Assembly (NCBI GenBank): GCA_016203945.1
Contig: JACQLT010000002.1
Span: 181,336 to 245,335 of the forward strand
Direction of reading: 5' to 3'
DNA from: Parcubacteria group bacterium
GTDB lineage: Bacteria > Patescibacteriota > Minisyncoccia > Minisyncoccales > UBA10102
DNA length: 64,000 nt
A program made the translations under genes and the position numbers. This document shows, piece by piece, positions 29,142-37,557 of this stretch; within the stretch, counting starts at the first letter, position 1; the number at the start of each line of letters is the position of its first letter. Below the pieces are notes generated by a model. That model had not been told where the DNA came from and ran no database searches. It worked only from the letters and a program-made list of their open reading frames with translations.

Positions 29142-29774
29142 TTACCGGATGATTTCCGGAGGAATCTCAGGATAGTAGCCGACTTCTGCTTCTTTTGGGT
29201 GATGCCACCCCCAAAACAATTCTATAAGTTCTTCTGAGTTCAAAGGAGCCACTTTTAGGCCCATGCGTCTCAATCCGAGCGCCACGAATTCCATGCGCTG
29301 CCAGAGCTGCGTCTTCATGCGCTGCAAGTCGTCATCGGAAAGCCCCCCCACAATCCTCGGCATGCGCTTCCGGTCGTCAAGCGGCAGGGTTTCTACGAGA
29401 GAAAACGGCACGACTACAAAGAAATTCTTGGTCATAATGGCAGACCCCGCAATGAGGCGCTCCACGAACGCATGGTAGTCCTTGGTGAGCCCCTTCAGCA
29501 GTTCATTCTTCTGATTTACCTCCAGCTCCTTGAGCTGGTCTAAGTAGCCGGTAAGGTTAAGCCTGCGGGATTGGACGACGATCTGCATCGAAAAATCCAG
29601 CGAGTTCAAGAGGGACTGGAACTGGGCAATAGTCGCATCCTGTTCTTCGCCCGACTTCAGGGCGAAATTCTGTGAAGAAACAAGCATGACGCCGCGCACG
29701 GTGCGGTCTTTGAGCACCGCCATTCCCTCTCGGATCTCGTCTAGCTCAAGGAATTCTTGTGTCGTGGCAGCCAT
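29142..29774 (-). CDS. VirB4 N-terminal domain protein (separate ORF, 210 aa)
   Basis: EIREGMAVLKDRTVRGVMLVSSQNFALKSGEEQDATIAQFQSLLNSLDFSMQIVVQSRR aligns in pattern with the VirB4/TrbE N-terminus (LLKDGS..a..G.aFEL.E.E.......N.LL..a.D.aSay.H.RH); combined with downstream ORF about 807 aa equals full VirB4 size. Confidence 0.55.
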   Translation of the reverse strand: MAATTQEFLELDEIREGMAVLKDRTVRGVMLVSSQNFALKSGEEQDATIAQFQSLLNSLDFSMQIVVQSRRLNLTGYLDQLKELEVNQKNELLKGLTKDYHAFVERLIAGSAIMTKNFFVVVPFSLVETLPLDDRKRMPRIVGGLSDDDLQRMKTQLWQRMEFVALGLRRMGLKVAPLNSEELIELFWGWHHPKEAEVGYYPEIPPEIIR

Positions 29775-29777
29775 TGT

Positions 29778-30179
29778 TTAAGATTCAATTTTTGTTGAGA
29801 GTTTGCTAATCTTACTTTCTTTAGAAAGCGTAATCTGGGTTGTGCGGGGTTCGGGCGCAGCTTCCGGGGCAGCAGCGCGAGCTGGCGCGCTGGCGAATAC
29901 GCGCTTCTTTTTCCAGTAGTAGATCTTGCCCCCCATCTGGAAACTCAAGAAATCTATGAATACAGCCGGAAGCGATTTCCCCCCAATCTGCACAAAGGCG
30001 GTGAGAAATCCAAATGCCGCAAGGCCGAGGCTTGCTACCGCAAAGACAAGCAGAGGCGCAAAGAAGTACAGAATAAAGGCGGCTCCGCCCGCGACCGCAA
30101 GAAAAGCGAATTGGCGGAAGGTGAGTGGCCCCACCACCAGCGCCTCTCGTTCAATAAATTGGGGAACTTGGAACTGCAT
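29778..30179 (-). CDS. VirB3/PrgI-like small membrane protein
   Basis: MQFQVPQFIEREALVVGPLTFRQFAFLAVAGGAAFILYFF: conserved G-L-(T/S)-x-RQF motif and 2 TM typical of PrgI/VirB3 family preceding VirB4; start trimmed to MQFQ. Confidence 0.5.
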   Translation of the reverse strand: MQFQVPQFIEREALVVGPLTFRQFAFLAVAGGAAFILYFFAPLLVFAVASLGLAAFGFLTAFVQIGGKSLPAVFIDFLSFQMGGKIYYWKKKRVFASAPARAAAPEAAPEPRTTQITLSKESKISKLSTKIES

Positions 30180-30192
30180 GATGTTTTTTACA

Positions 30193-30624
30193 TTATCTCG
30201 GAGCGCAGGGGATGCTGAAGATCCCGCCCCCAAGCCCGGTCCACTCCTGCACGCCAATGGCAACAAAGAACAGGTTAATGACGAGCCACGAGGCATAGAC
30301 AATGAGCAGCCCGAACATAACGCTTTTCAAAATGTCCCTGCCGCGCTGTATGTTTGCGGGACTTCCCTGCGAGAACAGAAAATACGCTCCCCCGACAACC
30401 ACCATGAGGACAGCCACGGCAGGCACGAAGGTGAATAAGATGAAGTCCAGAATGCGATCGACAAGGAGAAAGATGTGGCAAAATTGGCAGCCCTCTGTTT
30501 TTGCGTCGTATATGCCGTCTCCATCTATATCGTATCCGCAAGGCACCAGCCCCTGGGCAAGGGCAAAAGGAGCTGCGGAGAGCAGCAGGAGAAAGACGGC
30601 GACGAAAAGACATGCTCTTTTCAT
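30193..30624 (-). CDS. secreted two-helix hydrophobic protein, VirB2/TrbC-like pilin candidate (minimal paralog)
   Basis: Signal peptide MKRACLFVAVFLLLLSAAPFALAQG, then two hydrophobic helices separated by polar loop (VVGGAYFLFSQGSPANIQRGRDILKSVMFGLLIVYASWLVIN); shares GGxxY...G.P....R..I....GL....SWL...IN motif with ORFs 35916-37547 and 38895-40490. Confidence 0.45.
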   Translation of the reverse strand: MKRACLFVAVFLLLLSAAPFALAQGLVPCGYDIDGDGIYDAKTEGCQFCHIFLLVDRILDFILFTFVPAVAVLMVVVGGAYFLFSQGSPANIQRGRDILKSVMFGLLIVYASWLVINLFFVAIGVQEWTGLGGGIFSIPCAPR

Positions 30625-30627
30625 TTT

Positions 30628-31077
30628 TTATTCAAACGATTCCCGATACGTATCTTCTTTCTTTGGAGTGGCAGGAGATGGCGCTTCTTGCGCGAAAGCC
30701 GCAGCTGCGGGCGCCGCCTTCTTTACCTGGGGAGCAGCCGAGTTAGCTGCCTCTGTTATGTTATGAAGCTGGCGCAAGCTTTCTTTCACAGGAAAGAAGA
30801 CGAACCTGGTGATATCTCTTGCGATATTCGCAGCCGCGTCTTTTTTAAGCCCCACTTCTTTTTCCAGGGTTTTTTGGAAGTCCTCTGGAAGTAAAATGCC
30901 CATGAGCACTTGTCCCGTAAGCTCCGCAACCCTATTCCCCCGCTCGTCAGTCACGCCCTGCGACAGGCGTGCGTTATAAATCGCATCCGCGGTTTCCACG
31001 GAAAAGATCGCCTCTTGCAGCTCATCGGGAAGCTTTTCAAATATCTGATTAAACTGTTCTTGAGTATACTGTGGCAT
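30628..31077 (-). CDS. hypothetical soluble protein (149 aa, Ala/Pro-rich C-terminus)
   Basis: No TM; in T4SS-like operon between pilin candidate and VirB6-like gene. Confidence 0.3.
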   Translation of the reverse strand: MPQYTQEQFNQIFEKLPDELQEAIFSVETADAIYNARLSQGVTDERGNRVAELTGQVLMGILLPEDFQKTLEKEVGLKKDAAANIARDITRFVFFPVKESLRQLHNITEAANSAAPQVKKAAPAAAAFAQEAPSPATPKKEDTYRESFE

Positions 31078-31226
31078 AGATATAGTTTATCACCGCGAAA
31101 GAATACCACAAGCCTGCCTGCCGCAGGCAGGCGCCACTTGACACAGCCACTTTTTTGTTGTAGTATTGCTCCAGAAAAACTGAACCTTAAGAACAAAAAG
31201 AAAGCAGGCCAGAAAGGAGGTCGCGC

Positions 31227-31445
31227 ATGCCTAAGCTTTCAATGGAGCAGGTCGTTTGGATCGAGCTCATCGCAATCTGGGCCGTGATCGGCCTCCTGGT
31301 GGGCATCATGCTTTGGGAGCGGCTAAGGGAGTTTATTCGGAAGATGTTCCGCTCCCCAATATCTTCAGCAACGCTCCGGGGCAAGAGGAAAACGTTGCGG
31401 GGCCGCCCCGCATACGAAGGGAAATCGAAATCGGTACCCCAATAA
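31227..31445 (+). CDS. small single-TM membrane protein (72 aa)
   Basis: Strong SD aaaggaggt 6 nt upstream of ATG; TM WIELIAIWAVIGLLVGIMLW; precedes SPFH gene. Confidence 0.45.
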   Translation: MPKLSMEQVVWIELIAIWAVIGLLVGIMLWERLREFIRKMFRSPISSATLRGKRKTLRGRPAYEGKSKSVPQ

Positions 31446-31463
31446 AAGAAAGGAAGGTGTAGT

Positions 31464-32537
31464 ATGCAGTGGGCGGTGCTTGCAGGCGCTACGCCAGTTG
31501 TTCTGGGAATCGCATGTTTCCTGCTCGTGTGGTTCGTGCTCGCTCCCCGGAATCTGTTCTTCACGTTCGTTTCTGAGGGCACAGCAAAGATCGTCGTGAA
31601 GGCAGACCAATTTTCCAGGTGCCTCATCCAGTGGAAGGGGTATACCCTGGATGAAAACGGGAATGTGGTGTCGGGCAAAGACGGCTTCCACCCGTTTGGA
31701 GGCCTGCGGTTCGTAGGCATCTGGCCGATTTGGGACATCTTCGTTTACCTTCTGCGCTGGAATGACGTTCACAGGGCAGAAGAGCGAAACGGGAGGATAG
31801 AAGAAGTCAGGTTCCACGCCAAGTGGCTGGACTATATCCTTCTTCGCCCGGACGTCTACTGGACAAAGCTCACGGGAGCAGAGACCACACCAGGGACAGC
31901 GGAAACGCCAGAGGCCCAAGAGCGCATCCCACTGGACGTGGAGTTTAACATCACCATGCAGGTGATAAATCCGTACAAGGTAATGTTCGTAGCTCCCCCA
32001 AACTGGGTGGAAAATGTCCTCGTGCGGCTTGACGCGGTCCTTCGAGGATTTGTCGCCACCCACACCCTCGACGAGCTACTTGCTATGAGGGGAGGCGGCG
32101 GCGAACAAGCTGAAATAGTGACCTGGAACGAACTCGGTGCACATCCGTTCATCCAAGAAACCCTCGGGGAATGGGGCATTTCCATTCCTGAAAACGGGAT
32201 TCAGATGAAGAACATCGGGATCCCGGCCGACATCCAGCAGGCCGCTCAAGCAAGGCGCACGGAGCAGTTAAGGGCCGAAGGCGAGCGGCAGAGGGTGCAG
32301 ATCGGCGCCTCAGCAGAGGCGCAGAGAATCCACACGACCTATGGCGCCGTAGAACAACACGCCTCAGGCATGCTTATTCGGACTCTTGAGGCTGTCGAGA
32401 AGAGCCCATTGCCGGCAGCCTTGGCTGTCCAGGTCATCCCAGGTCTTTCAGATGTCCTTCGGGGCGTGCTCGAAAGGCCTGCAGCCGCAGTTGCTGCCGC
32501 TCCGGCAACAGATCAGGATCAGCCTGCTGCTCAGTAG
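31464..32537 (+). CDS. SPFH/band-7 (stomatin/HflKC-like) domain membrane protein
   Basis: N-terminal TM, SPFH-like core (DVEFNITMQVINPYKVMFVAPPNWVENVLVRLDAVLRGFVATHTLDELLAMRG) and coiled-coil AQARRTEQLRAEGERQRVQIGASAEAQRI; SD aaggaaggtg upstream. Confidence 0.55.
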   Translation: MQWAVLAGATPVVLGIACFLLVWFVLAPRNLFFTFVSEGTAKIVVKADQFSRCLIQWKGYTLDENGNVVSGKDGFHPFGGLRFVGIWPIWDIFVYLLRWNDVHRAEERNGRIEEVRFHAKWLDYILLRPDVYWTKLTGAETTPGTAETPEAQERIPLDVEFNITMQVINPYKVMFVAPPNWVENVLVRLDAVLRGFVATHTLDELLAMRGGGGEQAEIVTWNELGAHPFIQETLGEWGISIPENGIQMKNIGIPADIQQAAQARRTEQLRAEGERQRVQIGASAEAQRIHTTYGAVEQHASGMLIRTLEAVEKSPLPAALAVQVIPGLSDVLRGVLERPAAAVAAAPATDQDQPAAQ

Positions 32538-32586
32538 CAGCGGCAAAGCACAAAGGGGGTTTGCGAAAGCAGCCCCCTTTTTATTA

Positions 32587-34998
32587 TTACGCCAGAGAGC
32601 CAGGCCTTCCCCGAGGAAGTTTTTCTTGTCCGCCCTCTTTAGAAGATCCTGTTGCTCCTGGTCTTCCCCGAGGAGTCCGTTCCGGGCCGCCTTCTCCCGG
32701 AGGTGGCGGAGTTGTTGAAGGGGGCGTTGCAGAAGCTCCGCTGGCTCGGGAACGAGCGAGCTTCTCTTGCGTGCGCGTTTGGTCTTCTTCTAGTTCTCGA
32801 ATTTTTTGCAAGCTTTCCGGGGAAAGGTCTACGGCTCCTCCTGGCCGACGCCCCCTTTCTTGTACAAGTTCTTTTTGTATGTCGTCGAGACGGCGCTCTA
32901 ATCCCCGAATGTCTGCGGAACCAGGAACCCGATATCGTTCAATAATTTTTTCAGCGTCGTCTTGTGTGAGCCCTTTTCCTGTTTCAGGGTCTATATATGT
33001 AAAACCAAGATTGTGGGCGCCGGTACTCGAAACCCACTTCAACACATCTGGTGCGTTTTTCCCTAGCCAATCTTTATCAAGACTGCATATGTGATTAGTG
33101 ATTGCTGTTCGTTCTGCTTGTTCTCGCCTGCGAACCATTGGGCCGATAAATTCCGCTCCGCGCTCTATGAGCATCGAGTTAATAAATGCCGCGCCCGCTG
33201 GAGTGCTGGGATCATAGTTGCTCGGCGCATTCTCGTCGCCTTTTAAGTCTTCGGGCGTCATGCGGGCGGGAATCTTTGCTTTCATCCTCTCAAAATATTC
33301 TGCGTCAGAGCCCTTTCTTGAGAGAGCCCCCTCCGTGAACTTTACGCGCCCGGCATCGTCTTTTGCAAACTTGCCTTCAGCATCTCTTTCTAGGTCGTCG
33401 CTTCCGACATTGAAGCCCCATTTCGCTGGGTTAGTCATGATTTGTCCATAGAATGCCTTGAAAAGCGGACGCTCGCCATGGGGACCTATCCTGTCTCTCC
33501 CCAGTTTTATCAATTCTCCGATCTTTGCTTCTTTTCCTACCAACACCCCGTTTTTTTCAGGATCAAAAGCATCTTCAATATCATCTGCGTCTCCGCGGTT
33601 CCTTACTCCGGTCAGCAATCCCAAAATACGATTTTTATTTGGGACGGGCTTTAAGAGCTCGGCATTAACAGTAGCGAACACGTCTCGGGAGTCTCCCATC
33701 TTAGCGGTTTCTTTTACCGCCCTATCAAACGCAGCATAATCCCTAAAGTTAACCTGCTTGGAAAGTTCTCGCGCCCCGGCCTCTGTGACCCCCCAGCCTT
33801 TTCGCAAAGCCATTCCCGCAATAGTTGCCGGAATTCCGACTGCCCTGCCGGCCCCCCGTTTTTCAGCTCCCCATTGCTGCAATCCGCTTGCGAGCGATGT
33901 CATTTTTGTTGCAACTCCCGTAGCTTTGTTCCCGTACCTTCTCCAAAAAGCAGTACCCGCGGTTGCCCCGCCCCACTTGAGACCTTTCATGGCAAACGCC
34001 TTTGTGGCGGTGGCACCCATGGCGCCGCTTGTCTGCAAGGCGACAAAAAATCCCACCAAGAGCATGGCGAGCGCAATGCTGTAGGGTACGGTATCGTTGA
34101 GTATGCCGGCGACAAAGCCGTAAACCCCACCGCCCGAGGGCACTGACGCAGCAATCTCCCCCCGCGCCGCGAGGCTAATGATATGATCTCCCAGCCACAA
34201 GAAGAATGCGGCGAATATTCCAATGATAGACCATTGGAAGAATTGGTTCCACCACCAATTGAACAAGCCCCGCGTTCGCGGAAGGATAAAAGCAGCGAAC
34301 GCGATGGGGGAAAGAATAACCAAAATCCAAATAGCAATCCTCCTCACTATAAAGAGCGCGGCAAAAAGCATGAAAATAATGGCGGCGAAAACCTGAAAAG
34401 CCATGACGGCGAGCAATTGAAATATAAGAGAGATGTCGAAGATATTGCTATTGCCCGAAACAATATTGGTAAGATTTGTTAGAAGGTTCGTAACCAATCC
34501 GATGCCCGCCAATCCTTCCAGGAAAAAATTCATAAAGATGTTGGCGGTATCAACAATGAATCCGGTAATGACCGGGGTGAAGTTGATAAGAAGGGCTACT
34601 CCAATAAGCCGAGGCAGGGTTTTCTTTGCCTCGTATTGCCCAAGGCGCAGGGCGGTTGCCAGCCCAATAATGATTAAAAAGAACACGATAAGCATGTTCG
34701 CAAAATCGCGAACAACAGTCCACCCGGTCTCAACAATGGGACCCGTGGTATACGGAACCCGAATAAAAGAAGGATCAGTCGCAAGGCCAAGAATGATTCC
34801 TGCTATGGTGGCAGCGGCGGTTGTAAGGAAAAGCCCCGCAAGTAAAAATTGACCGATAACCAAAACCGCAATCGCATTTGCAATGCCGCCTAAAAATCCA
34901 CCAAATTGCGCCTGCGCAACGTTTGGAGAAAGGGCGATTCCCATCGAGGCAAAAAGAACAATCGCCAGCACTCCGCGTTTCCAGGCAAAAAATCTCAT
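32587..34998 (-). CDS. VirB6/TcpH-like polytopic membrane protein with ~400-aa C-terminal soluble extension
   Basis: About 10 predicted TM helices in N-terminal 400 aa (VirB6/TrbL-like), then hydrophilic domain ending in Pro-rich TPPSTTPPPPGEGG...PRGRPG; start placed at MRFFAWKRGVLAIV (signal-like). Confidence 0.5.
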   Translation of the reverse strand: MRFFAWKRGVLAIVLFASMGIALSPNVAQAQFGGFLGGIANAIAVLVIGQFLLAGLFLTTAAATIAGIILGLATDPSFIRVPYTTGPIVETGWTVVRDFANMLIVFFLIIIGLATALRLGQYEAKKTLPRLIGVALLINFTPVITGFIVDTANIFMNFFLEGLAGIGLVTNLLTNLTNIVSGNSNIFDISLIFQLLAVMAFQVFAAIIFMLFAALFIVRRIAIWILVILSPIAFAAFILPRTRGLFNWWWNQFFQWSIIGIFAAFFLWLGDHIISLAARGEIAASVPSGGGVYGFVAGILNDTVPYSIALAMLLVGFFVALQTSGAMGATATKAFAMKGLKWGGATAGTAFWRRYGNKATGVATKMTSLASGLQQWGAEKRGAGRAVGIPATIAGMALRKGWGVTEAGARELSKQVNFRDYAAFDRAVKETAKMGDSRDVFATVNAELLKPVPNKNRILGLLTGVRNRGDADDIEDAFDPEKNGVLVGKEAKIGELIKLGRDRIGPHGERPLFKAFYGQIMTNPAKWGFNVGSDDLERDAEGKFAKDDAGRVKFTEGALSRKGSDAEYFERMKAKIPARMTPEDLKGDENAPSNYDPSTPAGAAFINSMLIERGAEFIGPMVRRREQAERTAITNHICSLDKDWLGKNAPDVLKWVSSTGAHNLGFTYIDPETGKGLTQDDAEKIIERYRVPGSADIRGLERRLDDIQKELVQERGRRPGGAVDLSPESLQKIRELEEDQTRTQEKLARSRASGASATPPSTTPPPPGEGGPERTPRGRPGATGSSKEGGQEKLPRGRPGSLA

Positions 34999-35070
34999 TA
35001 CATTATTGTACCACCGCCAAAAGCCTGCGCAACAAGACGCCCCGCTCAATCAGGCGCAGAGGGGGTCGGG

Positions 35071-35099
35071 TTGACAAGTCCAGGGGAAAATTAGATACT
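35071..35099 (+). promoter_or_regulatory. putative promoter of DUF4352 gene
   Basis: TTGACA (35071-76), 17-nt spacer, GATACT; followed by SD AGAAGGAGGA (35155-64) 6 nt before ATG 35171. Confidence 0.4.
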
Positions 35100-35170
35100 A
35101 TATCCAGACATCCGCCACAGTGGTGGATTTGACATCTCAATAGCACACAAGTTCCAGAAGGAGGAACACG

Positions 35171-35848
35171 ATGGACAGAAGGCATACGGTGGGAAAGGGG
35201 GTCAGCCAACAGCCGACGCTGACCATCCCTACGCCATCCAAGAGATTGATCATCGGGATCGGGCTCGCAATCATCCTGATCGCGGCGATGGCGCTAATTG
35301 CGGTGACCATCGCGCTCACCACATCGTCGCCCGCAACCGACACAGCAGCCGTGGCCAACGTTCAGGAGCCGGCCGTTGCCAACACCGACCAGCAGGTCTC
35401 GCCAAATGGCGTTCAGGCACAGACGAGCGAGCCGACCGGCGACTTCACCCGTCCGGCAGACGCCGTCCGCATCGGCGAGTTCCTGATCACGGTGAACTCG
35501 GTGAGTACGCCGTCGGGCATCAACCCGCCGGAAGCCCACCTGAAGTACGTGGTCATCGAGCTCTCAGTGCAGAACGTCGGCACAAGCTCGAGTACGATTC
35601 GTGACATCGACGACTTCACGCTGTTTGATAGCGATGGGGTCAGGGCTAGCGCGCTGGTTGGAGGCGATGCGGAATCTGACGCCCTAGGAGAGCTTGGCAA
35701 GCGACTCCGTGGAGAATATCCGCGGGTTGAGCCTGGGCAGACCCTTGGCAGAGTCATGGTATTCAAGATCCTGAAGGATACCAAGCCCGCGCGTCTCGAG
35801 TTCTCGAGTCTCGACACCGGAGCCAGCGGCACTATTCCGCTCAAGTAG
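35171..35848 (+). CDS. DUF4352-like domain protein, membrane-anchored
   Basis: TM IIGIGLAIILIAAMALIAVTIAL, then RIGEFLITVNSVSTPSG...KYVVIELSVQNVGTSSSTI..DDFTLFDSDGVRAS matching DUF4352 beta-sandwich pattern; gene is about 60-63% GC versus ~50% surroundings. Confidence 0.5.
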   Translation: MDRRHTVGKGVSQQPTLTIPTPSKRLIIGIGLAIILIAAMALIAVTIALTTSSPATDTAAVANVQEPAVANTDQQVSPNGVQAQTSEPTGDFTRPADAVRIGEFLITVNSVSTPSGINPPEAHLKYVVIELSVQNVGTSSSTIRDIDDFTLFDSDGVRASALVGGDAESDALGELGKRLRGEYPRVEPGQTLGRVMVFKILKDTKPARLEFSSLDTGASGTIPLK

Positions 35849-35870
35849 TCTGCCCAGGGCGGATACATAA

Positions 35871-35905
35871 GGGCGTTCTCACATGAACGCCCTCCTTTTT
35901 ATTTC
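35871..35905 (+). terminator. rho-independent terminator after DUF4352 gene
   Basis: Perfect 8-bp inverted repeat GGGCGTTC-tcacat-GAACGCCC followed by TCCTTTTTATTT. Confidence 0.7.
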
Positions 35906-35915
35906 AGTTTTTTGG

Positions 35916-37547
35916 TTAGCGCGCTTTGATTGGAATTACCAAGAGGTATCTTGCCTCGTTGTCTCCGATATGATTATTTTTTAGGCGAATATCGTCCCCT
36001 TCAAACACCTCTGCTCTTCCGTCTTCCCTAAAGAGCACTGCGACATAGTCGCCATTAACCCTAATAGAAGAAGCGCGAGTCTTGCTTAGTACCCTATCGC
36101 AGCTCACCGTACTTTGATTGTCTCCGGATCCGATTGTTGTACCAAAATTTACGGAACCATTCACCCAGAGCGGTTTGCCCGATCTAAGAGCGCCAGTCGC
36201 GTCGGTCTGCGCGTTAATGGGGCCGCAGTGTTTTTGATCAGCCTCATTTCTGTCGCTCTTTGGCTGTTCGTTGAAGTCATAGTTTCCAAAGAGGGTGACG
36301 CCGTCTCCTGAAGGAGAATTGACAGGTATCGTATTGGTTATCGTTTGGTTAGAAACGATTTCATATGGCAAGTATTGATTAAATACCTTTACGGAAGATA
36401 CTTCGTTTGCCACAAATCCTTGGCAGTAGGGCTCTTGCGTCTGACTGCAGGACTCGGCGATTGGGATGCATTCGGCGCGTTGAGCAGGAATTTGGTTGAG
36501 ATCTTTCCCGCCCAAGAACACAGCGCCGTCTCCTTCAAACCTCTCTTTTTCAAACAGTACCACCCCCACCTTGTTTGTTATGGCGCTTATGAATTTGTCT
36601 GACTCGGGAGTGCCTTCTGGAAAGGGGCCAAAAAGAGGCAATCTGGTAATTGAAGGAATGATCTTGAGTGATTTTGCTCGGTTGTCAAAATCTCCGAGAG
36701 TCGCCGTGTTTCCCACATATGCCTGCACCTCGTCACCTGAACATTCTGCCCCGGCAAAAAGGTATACTCCGGGAGTTTTCCAGGTAAGCTGAACAGAGCC
36801 AATCTTTTGTTCCCCGCCAAGCGAAACACATGCGGCTCCGGCATTGTCAGTTTCTAAAGAAGCGGGGATCTCACCGCCCTGCTGCCGGACGCGGTCTGCA
36901 GAGCTGAATACTTTAATTCCCCGGCGATCCTTTTCTTTGTAAATAACAATGTCGAGTTCCGTGCTTGAGTTAAGAAACCTAATTGATCCAGCTTTGGGAA
37001 AATTTATGCTCACGCCAGGAATTTCGTTGGTGAGATCAGAGAGAGTGTTTTTTACCCGCAGAAAATCCACTCCTTCTCGCAGTCCTTTTGTGCTTCCGCA
37101 ATTGTCTCCCGCAAACAAGATAACTCCCTGTTTTGAAAAATTAGCATCTTTATCTATCTTAAGAATAACAAGCTGTGGGTTAATGGTAGTAAGCAAAAGC
37201 CATGAGCCAAGAAGTAGTACCAGCCCAAGAAGAGAGGCTTTGATCTGCTCCCTTGCGTCTGAAAGCGCCCCCGGATTTCCGGCAGAAGAGACATATCTGA
37301 ATCCTCCATAGACAAAAGAAACAAACGCGGCGAGTCCGGCAACCGCAATGCCAAGGTTGAACATGTACTTGATAAAGTTGGGAAGACTTCGCACCTCGTT
37401 GGGGGGCTGGGCTCCTCCCGGCACCTGCGGGTATTCGAGTTCCAGCTGCTGGGCAAACGCGACAGGCAAAACCAAAGAGAACACAAACGCAATCAACACG
37501 GCTGCTACGAGAATGGTAAATACAAGGCGTACTCGTTTTTGCTTCAT
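35916..37547 (-). CDS. pilin-like (VirB2-type N-terminal module) protein fused to large extracellular repeat domain (543 aa)
   Basis: Signal peptide, then LELEYPQVPG...FIKYMF...VYGGFRYVSSAGNPGALSDAREQIKASLLGLVLLLGSWLLLTTINPQL (paralogous to 30193-30624 and 38895-40490); C-terminal 400 aa with 5 internal G(V/I)xLF...G repeats. Confidence 0.45.
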   Translation of the reverse strand: MKQKRVRLVFTILVAAVLIAFVFSLVLPVAFAQQLELEYPQVPGGAQPPNEVRSLPNFIKYMFNLGIAVAGLAAFVSFVYGGFRYVSSAGNPGALSDAREQIKASLLGLVLLLGSWLLLTTINPQLVILKIDKDANFSKQGVILFAGDNCGSTKGLREGVDFLRVKNTLSDLTNEIPGVSINFPKAGSIRFLNSSTELDIVIYKEKDRRGIKVFSSADRVRQQGGEIPASLETDNAGAACVSLGGEQKIGSVQLTWKTPGVYLFAGAECSGDEVQAYVGNTATLGDFDNRAKSLKIIPSITRLPLFGPFPEGTPESDKFISAITNKVGVVLFEKERFEGDGAVFLGGKDLNQIPAQRAECIPIAESCSQTQEPYCQGFVANEVSSVKVFNQYLPYEIVSNQTITNTIPVNSPSGDGVTLFGNYDFNEQPKSDRNEADQKHCGPINAQTDATGALRSGKPLWVNGSVNFGTTIGSGDNQSTVSCDRVLSKTRASSIRVNGDYVAVLFREDGRAEVFEGDDIRLKNNHIGDNEARYLLVIPIKAR

Positions 37548-37557
37548 GATGATGCGA

